64,000 nucleotides of DNA, taken from positions 1 to 64,000 of the forward strand of contig JAXLNO010000364.1 of NCBI GenBank assembly GCA_038087875.1. Reading direction: 5' to 3'. Source of the DNA: Malacoraja senta. Its lineage: Eukaryota. The notes under the pieces were generated by a model that ran no database searches, was not told where the DNA came from, and saw nothing but the letters and a program-made list of their open reading frames with translations. Position numbers and translations under genes: made by a program. Below, in pieces: positions 52,197 to 64,000 of this stretch; position 1 is the first letter of the stretch; the number at the start of each line of letters is the position of its first letter.

Positions 52197-53509
52197 TCGA
52201 GCCTGAACCGCCATTCGGTATGATCATGGCTGATCATCCAACTCAGTATCCCATCCCTGCCTTCTCTCCATATCCCCTGATCCTTTAGCCACAAGGGCCA
52301 CATGTAACCCCCTCTTAAATATAGCCAATGAACTGGCCTCAACTACCTTCTGTGGCAGAGAATTCCACAGATTCACCACTCTCTGTGTAAAAAATGATTT
52401 TCTCATCTCGGTCCAAAAAGACTTCCCTCTTATCCTTAAACTGTGACCCCTAGTTCTGGACTTTCCCAACATCGGGAATAATCTTCCTGCATCTAGCCTG
52501 TCCAACCCCTTAAGAATTTGTACGTTTCTATAAGATCCCCCCTCAATCTTCCAAATTCTAGCGTGTACAAGCCGAGTCTATCCAGTCTTTCTTCATATGA
52601 AAGTCCTGCCATCCCAAGAATCAGTCTGGTGAACCTTCTCTGTACTCCCTCTATGGCAAGAATGTATTTCCTCAGATTAGGAGACCAAAACAGTACGCAA
52701 TGCTCCAGGTGTGGTCTCACCAAGACCCTGTAGAACTGCAGTAGAACCTCCCTGCTCTTATACTCAAATCCTTTTGCTATGAATGCTAACATACCATTTG
52801 CTTTCTTCACTGCCTGCTGCACCTGCATGCTTACTTTCAATGACTGGTGTACCATGACACACAGGTCTCGTTGCATCTCCCCTTTTCCTAATCGGCCACC
52901 ATTCAGATAATAGTCTACTTTCCTGTTTTTGCCACCAATGTGGATAACCTCACATTTATCCACATTATACTGCATCTGCCATGCATTTGCCCACTCACCC
53001 AACCTATCCAAGTCACCTTGCAGCCTCCTAGCATCCTCCTCACAGCTAACACTGCCCTCCGCAAACTTGGAGATGTTGCATTCAATTCTCTCATCCAGAT
53101 CATTAATATATATTGTAAATAGCTGGGGTCCAGCACTGAGCCTTGCGGTACCCCACTAGTCACTGCCTGCCATTCTGAAAACGACCCGTTTACTCCTACT
53201 CTTTGCTTCCTGTCTGCCAGCCAGTACTCTATCCACATCAATACTGAACCCCCAATACCGTGTACTTTAAGGTTGCATACTAATCTCTTATGTGGGACCT
53301 TGTCGAAAGCCTTCTGAAAGTCCATATATAACACATCCACACGTATTCCCTTATCTACTCTACTAGTTACATCCTCGAAAAATTCTATAAGATTCGTCAG
53401 ACATGATTTACCTTTCATAAATCCATGCTGACTTTGTACAATGAATTCACCGCTTTCCAAATGTGCAGCTATCCCATCTATAATGACTGACTCCAGAATT
53501 TTCCACACT
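52197..53509 (-). mobile_element. Unit-specific, comparatively well-preserved CR1 RT fragment
   Basis: ORFs 52915-53508 and 52493-53011: QHGFMKGKSCLTNL, YMDFQKAFDKVPH, GVPQGSVL, LVRPHLEHC, RLRGDLIETYK. Absent from the other spacers. Confidence 0.92.
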
Positions 53510-55192
53510 GGTGTAGAAACAGGCCCTTCGGCTCAACTTCCCACGCCGGCCAACATGCCTCACCTGCCTGCACTTGGACTATATCCATCCAAACGTTTCC
53601 CATCAATGTACCTGTTTAACTGTTCTTTATACGTTTGGATAGACCCAGCCTCAACTACCCCCTTCTGGCAGCTTTTTGCATGCAACCACCAACCTTTGTT
53701 TGCAAAGGTTTCCGCTCAAATTCCTATTAATTTTTACCCATTCACCTTGAATCTATTGGTCCTCGATGCCCCTATTCTGGGCAAGAGATTCTGTGCATCT
53801 ACCCGACCTGTTTCTCTCATGATTTGTAACACCTCTATACGATCACCCTTCCACCCTCCTGCGCTCCAAGGAATTGCGACCCAGCCTACTCAACCTCTCC
53901 CATCAGCTCATACCCCCTAGTCCTGGCAGCATCCGCGTAAACGTTCACTGATTGGCTGCCAGAGACTAGGGGTCGGTGCTGTGGCCGCTGCTCGTCACGT
54001 TGTATATCAATGATTTGGATGAGGGAATTGAAGGCTTGGTGGGAAGTTTGGTGATGCTGCGAAGGTAGGTGGAGCGGCAGAGAGTGTGGATTAAGCAGCG
54101 ACTCTGCCGAAGGATTTGGGCATGTTTGGAAAGTAGGCAAAGAAATGGCAGATGGAATACAGCGCAGCAAAATGCGGAGACCGGCATTTTGATAGTTCGA
54201 ATCAATCGAAGACTATTTTCTAAATGTGGAGATAATTCAGAAATCTGAGGTGCAAAGAGACTCTGGAATGCTGATACAGGATTCCCAAACATGTAATTTG
54301 CAAGTCGAATTGATAGTAAGGCAGGAAAATGCAATACAATCATTTATTTGGGGAGGTCAAGTATATTAAAAAAAAAACCGGATGTAATATTGAGGCTTGA
54401 AAAGACACTGGTGAGTGCATTTGGGGTATTGTGACCTATTTGGGACGCCATACAAACAAATGGGTTGCAGAGGCTATCGCGTGAAGGCATGGGAATGGGG
54501 CTGATAGGGGAAGAATGATCACCCACGATTAAATGGCGGAGTAAGCTAGAGTCATAGAGTGATACCGTGTGGAAACAGGCCCTTCGGGCAAACTTGCACT
54601 CACCGGCCAACATTTCCCAGTTACCCTAGTCCCACCTGCGTCTGCTTGGCCCATATCCCTCCAAACCTGTCCTATCCATGTAGCTTTCTAACTATTTCTT
54701 GAAAGTTGGGATAGTACCAGCATCAACTAGCTCCTCTGGCAGCTTTGGGCAAGAGATTCTGCGCATCTATCCGATTTATTCCTCTCGTGATTTTATGCAC
54801 CTCTAGAAGATCACCCCTCATCCTCCTGCGCTCCAAGGAATAGAGACCCAGCCTACTCAACCTCTCGCGATAGCTCAGACCATCCAGTCCTGGCAACAGT
54901 CTCGTCAATCCAATAGTACAATTCATTTAGACTTTCGACTTTTGACTTTAAACTTGAGAGATACTTCGCTGAAACAGGCCCTTCGTCGATCAGCGATCAC
55001 CACGTGCACTGGCACACTCCTAGACCACTTGGGACAATTTGCAACTTTACCGAAATCAAACCTGTACGTCTTTGGAGTGTGGGAGAAACCCGGACCACCG
55101 AAGAAAACCCACAGGGAGAACATACAAACTCCGTACAAACAGCATCCGGAGTCCCGATCGAACCCGGTTCTCTGGCGCTGTGAGGCAACAAC
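53510..55192. mobile_element. CR1 3' fragments and SINE (spacer 5)
   Basis: Paralogous to 3097-4872. Confidence 0.8.
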
Positions 55193-55342
55193 CTTCAGGG
55201 TCGGCAGGTGAAGGGGCGAGTGCTGCAGAATTTAAAGCCTTGGTGAGTTTTCAAGAGCGGGTCATTTAAAAACCGGTAACTGAATCTGTAAATTAGCTAA
55301 TTAGTTAAATGAATAGCAAATAAAAGCAGGGCTCGCTCTTGG

Positions 55343-58300
55343 TGGAGCGGCCGGTTGGCGTGAAGTGCCTTGGTGAGCAAAGTGTGAGTCTTTGGCTCAA
55401 GAGCGTCTTGGTGAGTAAGGTGTGAGTCTTTGGCTCAAGAGTCTTCGGCGAGAAGGCTGAAGCAAGGAGTCTACATTGATCGAAATGTTTGATTTGTGAT
55501 TTTAGTCCAGTAAAGAAATGGCAGAGTGGTAGAGTGTGTTTCCTGCAGGATGTGGGAAGTTAGGTACACCGCTGGTGCTTCTGGAAACTATACCTGCAGA
55601 AATTGTGTCCAGGTGCTGCTCCTGAATGAACGTGTTTGGGGAAATGAAGAAGCAGCTGAAGGACCTCACGGCCATCCGGGAAAACGAGAGTTTTCTGGAC
55701 AAGACCTTCAGTGAGGCTGTCACACAAAGGATATCGGAGTAGCGAAGGTGGATGACTCTGAGAAAGAAGCGTAAATGTGGAGTGCAAGAGAACACGGTGG
55801 CTGTACCTAATGAGACGCGACCGATGAGACCGCCGTCGGTCAGAGCCATAGTTGTGAGTGACTCCATTGTCCGAGGTGCGGACAGGACGTTCATTTGCGG
55901 CTGGCGAGACTCGAGGATGGTCTGTTGCATCCCTGGTGCATGATATCTCGGACCGACTTCAGAACATCCTTGAGAGGGAAGGTGAGGAGCCGGAAGTAGT
56001 TATGCATGTGGGCACAAACGACGTCGGGGAGAAGAGAAAGGATGTTCTGCATCGTGAGTTTATAGAGTTAGTAAGAAGATAGAAAAGCATGACTTCTGTG
56101 GTGGTTATCTCTGGATTGCTTCCAGTACATCGTGCTGGTGAGTACCGGAATAGGAAGATAGCGGATCTGAATGCGGGCTGAGGGGCTGGTGCAGCGAGCA
56201 GGGATTTAGATTCATTGACCACTGGGACCTATTCTGGGGCAGGGATTACCTCTACAAAAGGGACGGGTTACACCTTAACTGGGGCGGGACCGACATTCTG
56301 GCAGCCTGGTTTGCTGGTGCTACACCGGAGGGTTTAAAATAATTTGCAGGGAGGAAATGTTGACAAATTGGAAATATAAGGATGAAGTTAAAGGTGAAGA
56401 GATTACAGGAAATGTCGCGAAAGACAACCGGATTAATGGGACGGAAATTTCAAGAAGGGATAGGAGAGTAAGGTCAGGTGAAAGAGGAACCGGTTTGAGA
56501 GAGGAGGTGAATACCGAATTAAAAGTGTTACCGCGAACTATATGAAATAAAGTGGATGAGCTTGAGGCAAAGTTAGAAATTGGTGAGTATGATGTTGTGG
56601 GAATTACAGACACTTGGCTGCAAGCGGATCAGAACTGGGAACTGAATATTCAGGGGTATACGTCCTATTGAAAAGAAAGCCAGATGGGCAGAGGGGATGC
56701 TGTGGCCCTCGTTGGTAGGAATGAAATTCAGTCACTTGCGAGTGGAGACATAGAGTCAGAAAACGTAGAGTAATTGTGGATGGAACTGAGAAATTGAACG
56801 GTAGAAAGACCTAGTCCGTGTTATCTATAGGCCCCCAAACAGTACCCTGGAGATTGGGCGCAAGTTACATCAGGAGCTAAAATTAACATATAACAAAGTT
56901 AATGCTACGGTGTTCATGGGAGATTTCATCATGCAGGTGGACTCGGAAAATCACATAGGTACTGGACCCCAAGAAAGGGACTTTGTAGTGTGTTTCCGAG
57001 ATGGATTCTAAGAGCAGCTTGTACTGGAGCCTACTAGGTAGCAGGAAAAACTGGATGTAATGTTATGTAATGAACCGGATTTGATAAGTGACCTCAAGGT
57101 AAAGGAACCATTAGGAGGTAGTGGCCATAATATGATACGTTTTAAATTGCAATTTGAGATATCGTAATTTGTAATATCGGAAGTGTCAGTATTCCAGTTG
57201 CACAAAGAGGACTATTGAGGGAGGATCTTGCCATAGTTCACTGGAAAGGGACCCAAGAAGGGATGACGCTGGACGCTATATCTGAGAATAATCCAGAAGA
57301 TGCAGGATCATTTCATTCCAAAGAGGAAGAAAGATTCTAATGGGAGTAAGAGGCGACCGTGGCTGACAAGCGAAATCATGTGGTGGGAGATTGCTACGTT
57401 CGCGTGGTCCACCGTATTTCGACTAATGCAATCAACCCGACGTGCACAAACAAGATCAAATAGAACAAGTTGACCTACAACTTTAGGCTGTGCACGCCAT
57501 ACGCAAGAAGAAGAAGATAAGTCAAGGACAGTATATACATAATAGAGAAGACGTATAACTCAATTCTTATTTGAGAATCAAGGGACAAACGTTTAGGGGC
57601 AACATGAGGGGGAATTAATTTCTTTACTCAAAGAGTGGTAGCTGTGTGGAATGAGCTTCCAGTGGAAGTGGTGAAGGCAGGTTCGTTTTTATCATTTAAA
57701 AATAAATTGGATAGGTATATGGACGGGAAAGGAATGGAGAGTTAAGGTCTGAGTGCAGATAGATGGGACTACGTATGAGTAAGTGTTCGGCACGGACTAG
57801 AAGGGCCGAGATGGCCTGTTTCCATGCTGTAGTTGTTATATGGTTATAACATTGCAAATATGAGCGGGAAGCCAGAGGATTGGGAAACCTTTTAAAGAGC
57901 AACAGAAACTAACTGAAAAGCTTCCTTCCGTAGATGAAGAAGAAATAAAAGTTAAGACAAATGTGGATCCCTTGAAGACAGAAACAGGTGGATTTATTAT
58001 GGGGAACAAGGAAAATGGAAACGAGTTGAACAGGTACTTTGGTTCTGTCTTCTCTTTGGAAGTCAGAAACAATTTCCCATATGTACTAGGAGACAGAGGA
58101 CCTGGGTTATGGAGGAACTGAAGGAAATTCACTTTAGTCAGGAAATGGTGTCGGATTCACTGATGGGACTGAAGGCTCATACATTCCCAGGGTCTGATGG
58201 TCTGCATACCAGGGTACTCAAGGAGATGGCTCTTGGAATCATGGACGCCTTGGTGATAATGTTCCAATGTTCTATAGATTATGAATCAGTTCCTGTGAAA

Positions 58301-59638
58301 TGGAGGGTAGCTAATGTTATCACACTTTTCAAGAAAGGAGGGAGAGAGAAAGCAGGACATTATAGACCAGTTAGCCTGACATCTGTGGTGGGGAAGATGC
58401 TGGTGCTGTTTATTGGAGATGTAATAGTGGCGCATTTGGGTAGCAGTACCAGGATCGGTCCAAGTCAGCATGGATTTACGAAGGGGAAATCATACATGAC
58501 ATATCTTCGCAATTTTTTTGAGGACGTAACAAGTAAAATGGACAAGGGAGAGCCAGTGGATGTAGGGATTAACGCGTCCCTTTCAGAATGACAGGCAGTG
58601 ACCAGTGGGGTAACGCAAGGCTCGGAGTTAGGACCGCAGCTATTTACAATGTATATTAATGATTTAGATGAAGGGATTACAAGTAACATTTGCAAATTTG
58701 CAGATGACAACAAATCTGGGTGGCAGTGTGAACTGTGATGAGGATGCTATGAGAATGCAGGGCGACTTGGACAGGTTGGGTGAGTGGGCAGATGCACGGC
58801 AGATGCAGTTTAATGTATATAAATGTGAGGTTATCCACTTTGGTAGGAAAAACGAGAAGGCAGATTATTATCTAAATGCTGTCAAGTTGGGAAAGGGGGA
58901 AGTACAACGGGATCTCTGGGTCCTTGTTCATCAGTCAATGAAAGTAAGCATGCCATGCAGGTACAGCAGGCAGTGAAGAAAGCGAATGGCATGTTGGCCT
59001 TGATAACAAGATAATTGAGTACAGGAGCAAAGAGGTCCTTCTACAGTTACACAGGGCCCTGGTGAGACCACACCTTTGTATTGTGTGCAGTTTTGGTATC
59101 CTAATTTGAGAAAGGATATTCTTGCTTTTGAGGGAGAAAGCGTAGGTTCACGACGTTAATACCCGGGATGGCGGGACTGTCATCTGATGAAAGAATGGAA
59201 CGATTGGCTTGTATTCACTGGAATTTAGAAGATGAGAGGGGATCTTATAGAAAAATACAACATATTTAAGAGATTGGACACGTTAGATGCAGGAAACATG
59301 TTTCCGATGTCAGGCGACTTCAAAACGACGGGCCACAGTTTAAGATTAACGGGTAGGCCATTTAGGACTGAGATGAGTAAAAATATTTTTCACAGAGAGT
59401 TGTGAATTTGTGGAATTCTCTGCCTCTGATGGCAGTGGAGGCCGATTCACTGGATGCATTCAACAGAGAGTTAGATAGAGCTCTTAGGGCTAGCGGAATC
59501 ATGGGGTATCGGGTGAAGGCAGGAGCAGGGTAATCATTGTGGATGATCAGCCATGATTACATTGAATGGCGGAGTAGGCTCAAAGGGCCGGAAAGCCTAC
59601 TCCGGAACATATTGTCTATGTATCTATGTATCTATGTA
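55343..59638 (+). mobile_element. Degraded near-full-length CR1 LINE (spacer 5)
   Basis: Same ORF1/APE/RT motifs, nested insertions and tail as 17195-21436. Confidence 0.92.
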
Positions 59639-59674
59639 TATAATTCTACCGATGTGCCATTCCAGTTTCGAGGA

Positions 59675-61066
59675 GACGAATACATAAAAGCAATGGTGTA
59701 ATGCTGAGGCCTCATGAGGCGCTGGTGAGGCCACGCTTGGAATATTGTAAGCGGCTATGGGCCTCATCTCTAAGGATGGGTGCGCAAGCGTGGATAGGCC
59801 CAGAGGACGTTTAGTGGAATGGTCCCAGTTATGATTCGGTAAACGTGTGAGGATAGGTTGATGTTACTAGGCCTGTACTCGATGGAGTTTAGCAGAATGA
59901 ATGGAGACTTCATTGAAACACACAGATTAGTGAATGGCTTGGATAGAGTGTGTGTGGGGAGGATATTTCAACCAGTAGAGAGCCTAGCACGAGAATTCGA
60001 CGTTCTTTTAGTAAGGAGATGAGGAGACATTTCTTTAGTCAGAGGATGTTGAATCTGTGGGATTCTTTGCTGCAGAGCGCAGTGCAGGCCAAGTCAGGGG
60101 ATATTTTTAAGGCAGAGATGGATAGATTCTTGATTATTACAGGTGTCAGAGATTATGGTGAGAAGGCAGAAGAATGCGGTTAGGAGGGAGAAACACATCA
60201 ACTGCACTTTGCCCTCCCTCACGTTAAATATATCCTCTCTAATAATTGACCTGTCTATCGAGGGGTGGGGCGGGAAGGGTGGGGGGTAGATAATGAATGT
60301 CCGTCCGATCTGTGCCTCTCATAGTGTCATTTTGATTGTTTGAAAGAAACAGAATGGAAACCGGCCCTTCCGTCCACCACACGACGACCATCTGTCATGC
60401 GTTCACACGCCAGTTCTACGTTATACCCACTTTCCGTTCGCTCCCTACACACTAGCGACAATTTATGGAGGCCAATTGAACTACAATCCCAAAGCACCTG
60501 AAATATAGAAGCATCACGAGGCCATTTCGCCCATCAAGTTCGCTCCGCCATCCGCCACTCCAAAGACGTAGAGGTGTGTATGTTAATTTGTTTGGTGTAA
60601 ATGAAAATTGTCCCTCGTGTGTGTATGATAGCGGTAGTGTGCGGGGATCGCTGATTGAACCTTCCGAACCATCTGAATTTTGTAGTCGGCAGGGCAGTAC
60701 TCTGTATATCGCCAACTTGGATAATTTTACATTTTTATCAAGCCAATTAATCAAGTCAATTAACCTACAAACCTGTATATCTTTGGAGTGTGGGAGGAAA
60801 CCGAAGATCTCGGAGAAAACCCACGCAGATCACGGGGAGAACGTACAAACTCCATACAAAAAAGCACCCGTATTCGGGATCGAACCCGGGTCTCTGGCGT
60901 TGCATTTTGCTGCACCGCTGTGCCACCGTGACTGCAAAGACGTACGCGTTTGCAGGGAAATCGGCTTCGTATAAATGTAAATTATTCTCAGACTGAGTAG
61001 GATAGTGTTAGATGCGGACTCGCTGGGCTGATGGGCCTGTTTCCGCGCTGCATCTCTAAACTGAAT
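59675..61066. mobile_element. CR1 3' fragment and SINE cluster (spacer 5)
   Basis: Paralogous to 8885-10295. Confidence 0.78.
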
Positions 61067-61840
61067 CAAACTTTAAAAGTAAAATAGAGCATCAGAATCA
61101 GTTTCGATGGTCCGCTTTAAAAATTATCTGTCGCTCTCTCATGGAATTGTTTTCTCTCGCTGGAGAAAGGGGCTACAGGACAGACAGAGATGTTGGGGGG
61201 GGGGAGGATTGTTGCTCTCTGGATTGATACAGATTTTCACAGCAGTAGTCCGAAATTACATTGCGGATGTTTCCTCCAGTCAGGCTAGATTTCTGAATTT
61301 GAGGAATAAAAATCAATATACCAGTAAGATAGACACACAATTCTGGCGTAACTCAGATGCCCAGGTAGCATCTCTGGAGTAAAGGAATGGGTGAAGTTTC
61401 GGGTCGAGACCCTTCTTAATAACCACCAGTAGTCAGATTCGAACCCGTGTCTCTGCAGCTGTAAAGCATCAGCAGCACCGCTGCCCCGCCGAGGTCGTTT
61501 CCTCTTTTCTTATTGTCTGAATTTACCATCCAAACTTCAGGAAATCTGCCATCCTCGTCCTTCATGTTCTGTGGAACACGCCGGAACTGAAATCCCACCA
61601 CCTCGTCTTTAACGGACTCCGACACGTAGGATGAGGACTTACCTAAGAACAGCTGCTCCCAAATTACTCTCCCCACTTTCTACCAAACGCAGATATTTTT
61701 ATTTTCCATTCACCGATTTCTCAAATTAATCGACAAAACAATGTCCTTAAAATAATTTTATTATCAATACTATAATATCTATCAATATAATTTATTTTAT
61801 CTGTATTAAATTAAACTTTTAATTACTAAATTAATTAATT

Positions 61841-64000
61841 TTATTCTTCCCCTTCCCCGCTTCTCTCGAGGTCGGTGGAATCCACGGCTACCTCATGGTA
61901 GTCCTTCTCCAGCGACGCCATGTCCTCCCGCGCGTCCTGGAACTCTCCTTCCTCCAGCCCCTCTCCCACGTACCAATGGACAAAGGCCCGCTTGGCGTAC
62001 ATCTTGTCGAACTTGATGTTGAGGCGGGTCCAGGCCATGGAGATGGCGGTGGTGTTGCTCAGCATGCAGAGGGCGCGTTGCACCTTGGCCAGGTCACCCC
62101 CCGGCACAACCGTCGGCGGCTGGTAGTTGATGCCCACCTGCGGCCGGAAAAATACCCATCTTAAAATTAATTCTACTTGCACAGATGTGCTTGCATTGTC
62201 AGTTTAGTACAGCGCCCTTAAATTGCACAAAAAATAATTGAGTAATAGTTTAGCTATTCCGTTAAAGAAATCTCTGGCTGTAATGATTCTTCGGATTGCC
62301 ATCAGAGCCGCAAGCTCCGATACAAATGTGGTAGAGCCATGAAGGTATGATGTTGTGCAACTGGGAAGCGAGCTAGTCGAACCACCTTGTCCCTGCCCCA
62401 CAGTTGGCATATTGGGCTCGTCTCATTTGCATGCGACTGGCCTTTATCCTTCTAAATCCTTCCTCTCCTTCCTATGTTTTGGGATTTTCTATCTATGTTT
62501 TAAATGTAGGAAATGTAAGGGGTAACAGCTTTACCTGACAACTCGTTTCAGATGCGGACTACCCTCTCAATAGATTAGTTGTTCGGGAGGTCCTTCTTAA
62601 ATATCTCATCTCTCACCTCAAGTAGAGGACACCCAATTTTGAGATGTTAGGATGAGAGCACATCTTATCTATGTCCCTCGTGATCTTACACACCAGTATA
62701 TGTCGCGCCCCTCAGATTAATTCGCCCCAAATAAAAAAAATCCCTCGCCTATCTAACCTCCCCCATAAACGCAAGGCCGCAAGGCCAAGGACTGTCCGGA
62801 TGAGACCTTCCTGAACCCTTTGAAAAATGTGTGTGTGTGTGTGTCCTTCGGGTGCTGATATGATTTATTTGCAGAGTACAAATAGTACCAAGTCGTTGCA
62901 GTCGTTGCATGTATGTTGTTATTCCAGCAGATGAGTTAGACGGCATGTGTGTGCATGGAAACGCGAGCGTTGGTCACACTCACCTTGAACCCGGTCGGGC
63001 ACCAGTCCACGAACTGGATGGAGCGCTTGGTCTTGATGGTGGCGATGGAGGCGTTGACGTCCTTGGGCACCACGTCCCCGCGGTACAGCATACAGCACGC
63101 CATGTATTTCCCCTGGCGAGGGTCGCACTTCACCAACTGGTTGGCCGGCTCGAAGCAGGCGTTGGTCAATTGGGAGACGGACAGTTTCTCGTGGTAAGCC
63201 TTCTCTGCACAAATAATCGGAGCATAGTTGACGAGCGGGAAATGGATGCGCGGGTAGGGCACTAGGTTGGTTTGGAACTCAGTGAGGTCCACGTTGAGAG
63301 CGCCGTCGAACCGCAGCGAGGCGGTGATAGACGACACTAACTGTGCCATCAGACGGTTAAGGTTGGTATAGGTGGGTCGCTCGATGTCCAGGTTCCGCCG
63401 ACACACGTCGTATATGGCCTCGTTGTCCATCATGAAGGCGCAGTCGGAGTGCTCCAGGGTGCAGTGGGTGACCAGCACCGCGTTGTAGGGCTCGACCACT
63501 GCGGTGGAAATCTGCGGCGCCGGGTAGATGGAAAACTCCAGCTTGGATTTCTTGCCGTAGTCGACAGAGAGTCTCTCCATGAGGAGGGAGGTGAAGCCCG
63601 AGCCGGTGCCGCCGCCGAAACTGTGAAAGATGAGGAACCCCTGCAGCCCGGTGCACAGATCGGCCTGAGGGTGGAGAAGGGGCAAAAGCTCAATTCTGTG
63701 CCAACGTTTAAAGGGATAGAACGACACGGTGCTCTCTACAACGGCGCAGAGCGAGATGGTTCGGTGAGAGTCTCAGTGATAAATAGAGCGGTGTCAATGA
63801 GTATTTGGGAGCACCGTGGCCGCAGCACTCGGAAATGGACCGGGGCAACCGGATACATTGGCGCTGTAAGCATGCGGAGCGGCTGTCGGCAATTTGCAGT
63901 CGCTGAGCAACCTACCAGTTTCCGGATGCGATCCAGGACGAGGTCCACGATCTCCTTGCCGATGGAGCAGTGGCCCCGGGTGTAGTTATTGGCCGCGTCC
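61841..64000 (-). CDS. TUBA: Alpha-tubulin copy 6, partial (exons 1-2 and start of exon 3 lie right of the window); open in the visible part
   Basis: Exons 63916->64000, 62984-63664 (681 nt), 61841-62137 (297 nt), GT-AG. Ends [13 protein letters not shown]. Confidence 0.9.

Overview
Vertebrate genomic DNA, most likely a cartilaginous fish (inferred from HE1/V-SINE-like SINEs and abundant CR1 LINEs). The whole window is a head-to-tail tandem array of 11.1-13.6 kb units. Each unit carries one minus-strand, 5-exon alpha-tubulin gene (coding exons 3/223/149/681/297 nt, 450 aa) and a spacer made of the same nested CR1/SINE fragments. Six copies are visible: copy 1 (exon 5 off-window, open but many radical substitutions), copy 2 (intact), copy 3 (Y83 nonsense), copy 4 (S6 nonsense plus two frameshifts), copy 5 (least derived protein, broken only by four 1-nt indels that may be assembly errors) and copy 6 (5' part off-window, open). 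The encoded tubulin is atypical. It lacks the C-terminal Tyr in all five copies where exon 5 is visible, has K40S in four of the five copies where exon 2 is visible, has a remodelled H11-H12 surface and has extra cysteines. All five visible promoters share an invariant 78-bp block with an RFX X-box and forkhead/SOX/NR5A-like motifs. Together this suggests (inference) an amplified ciliary or sperm-flagellar alpha-tubulin family evolving by birth-and-death and unequal crossing-over.
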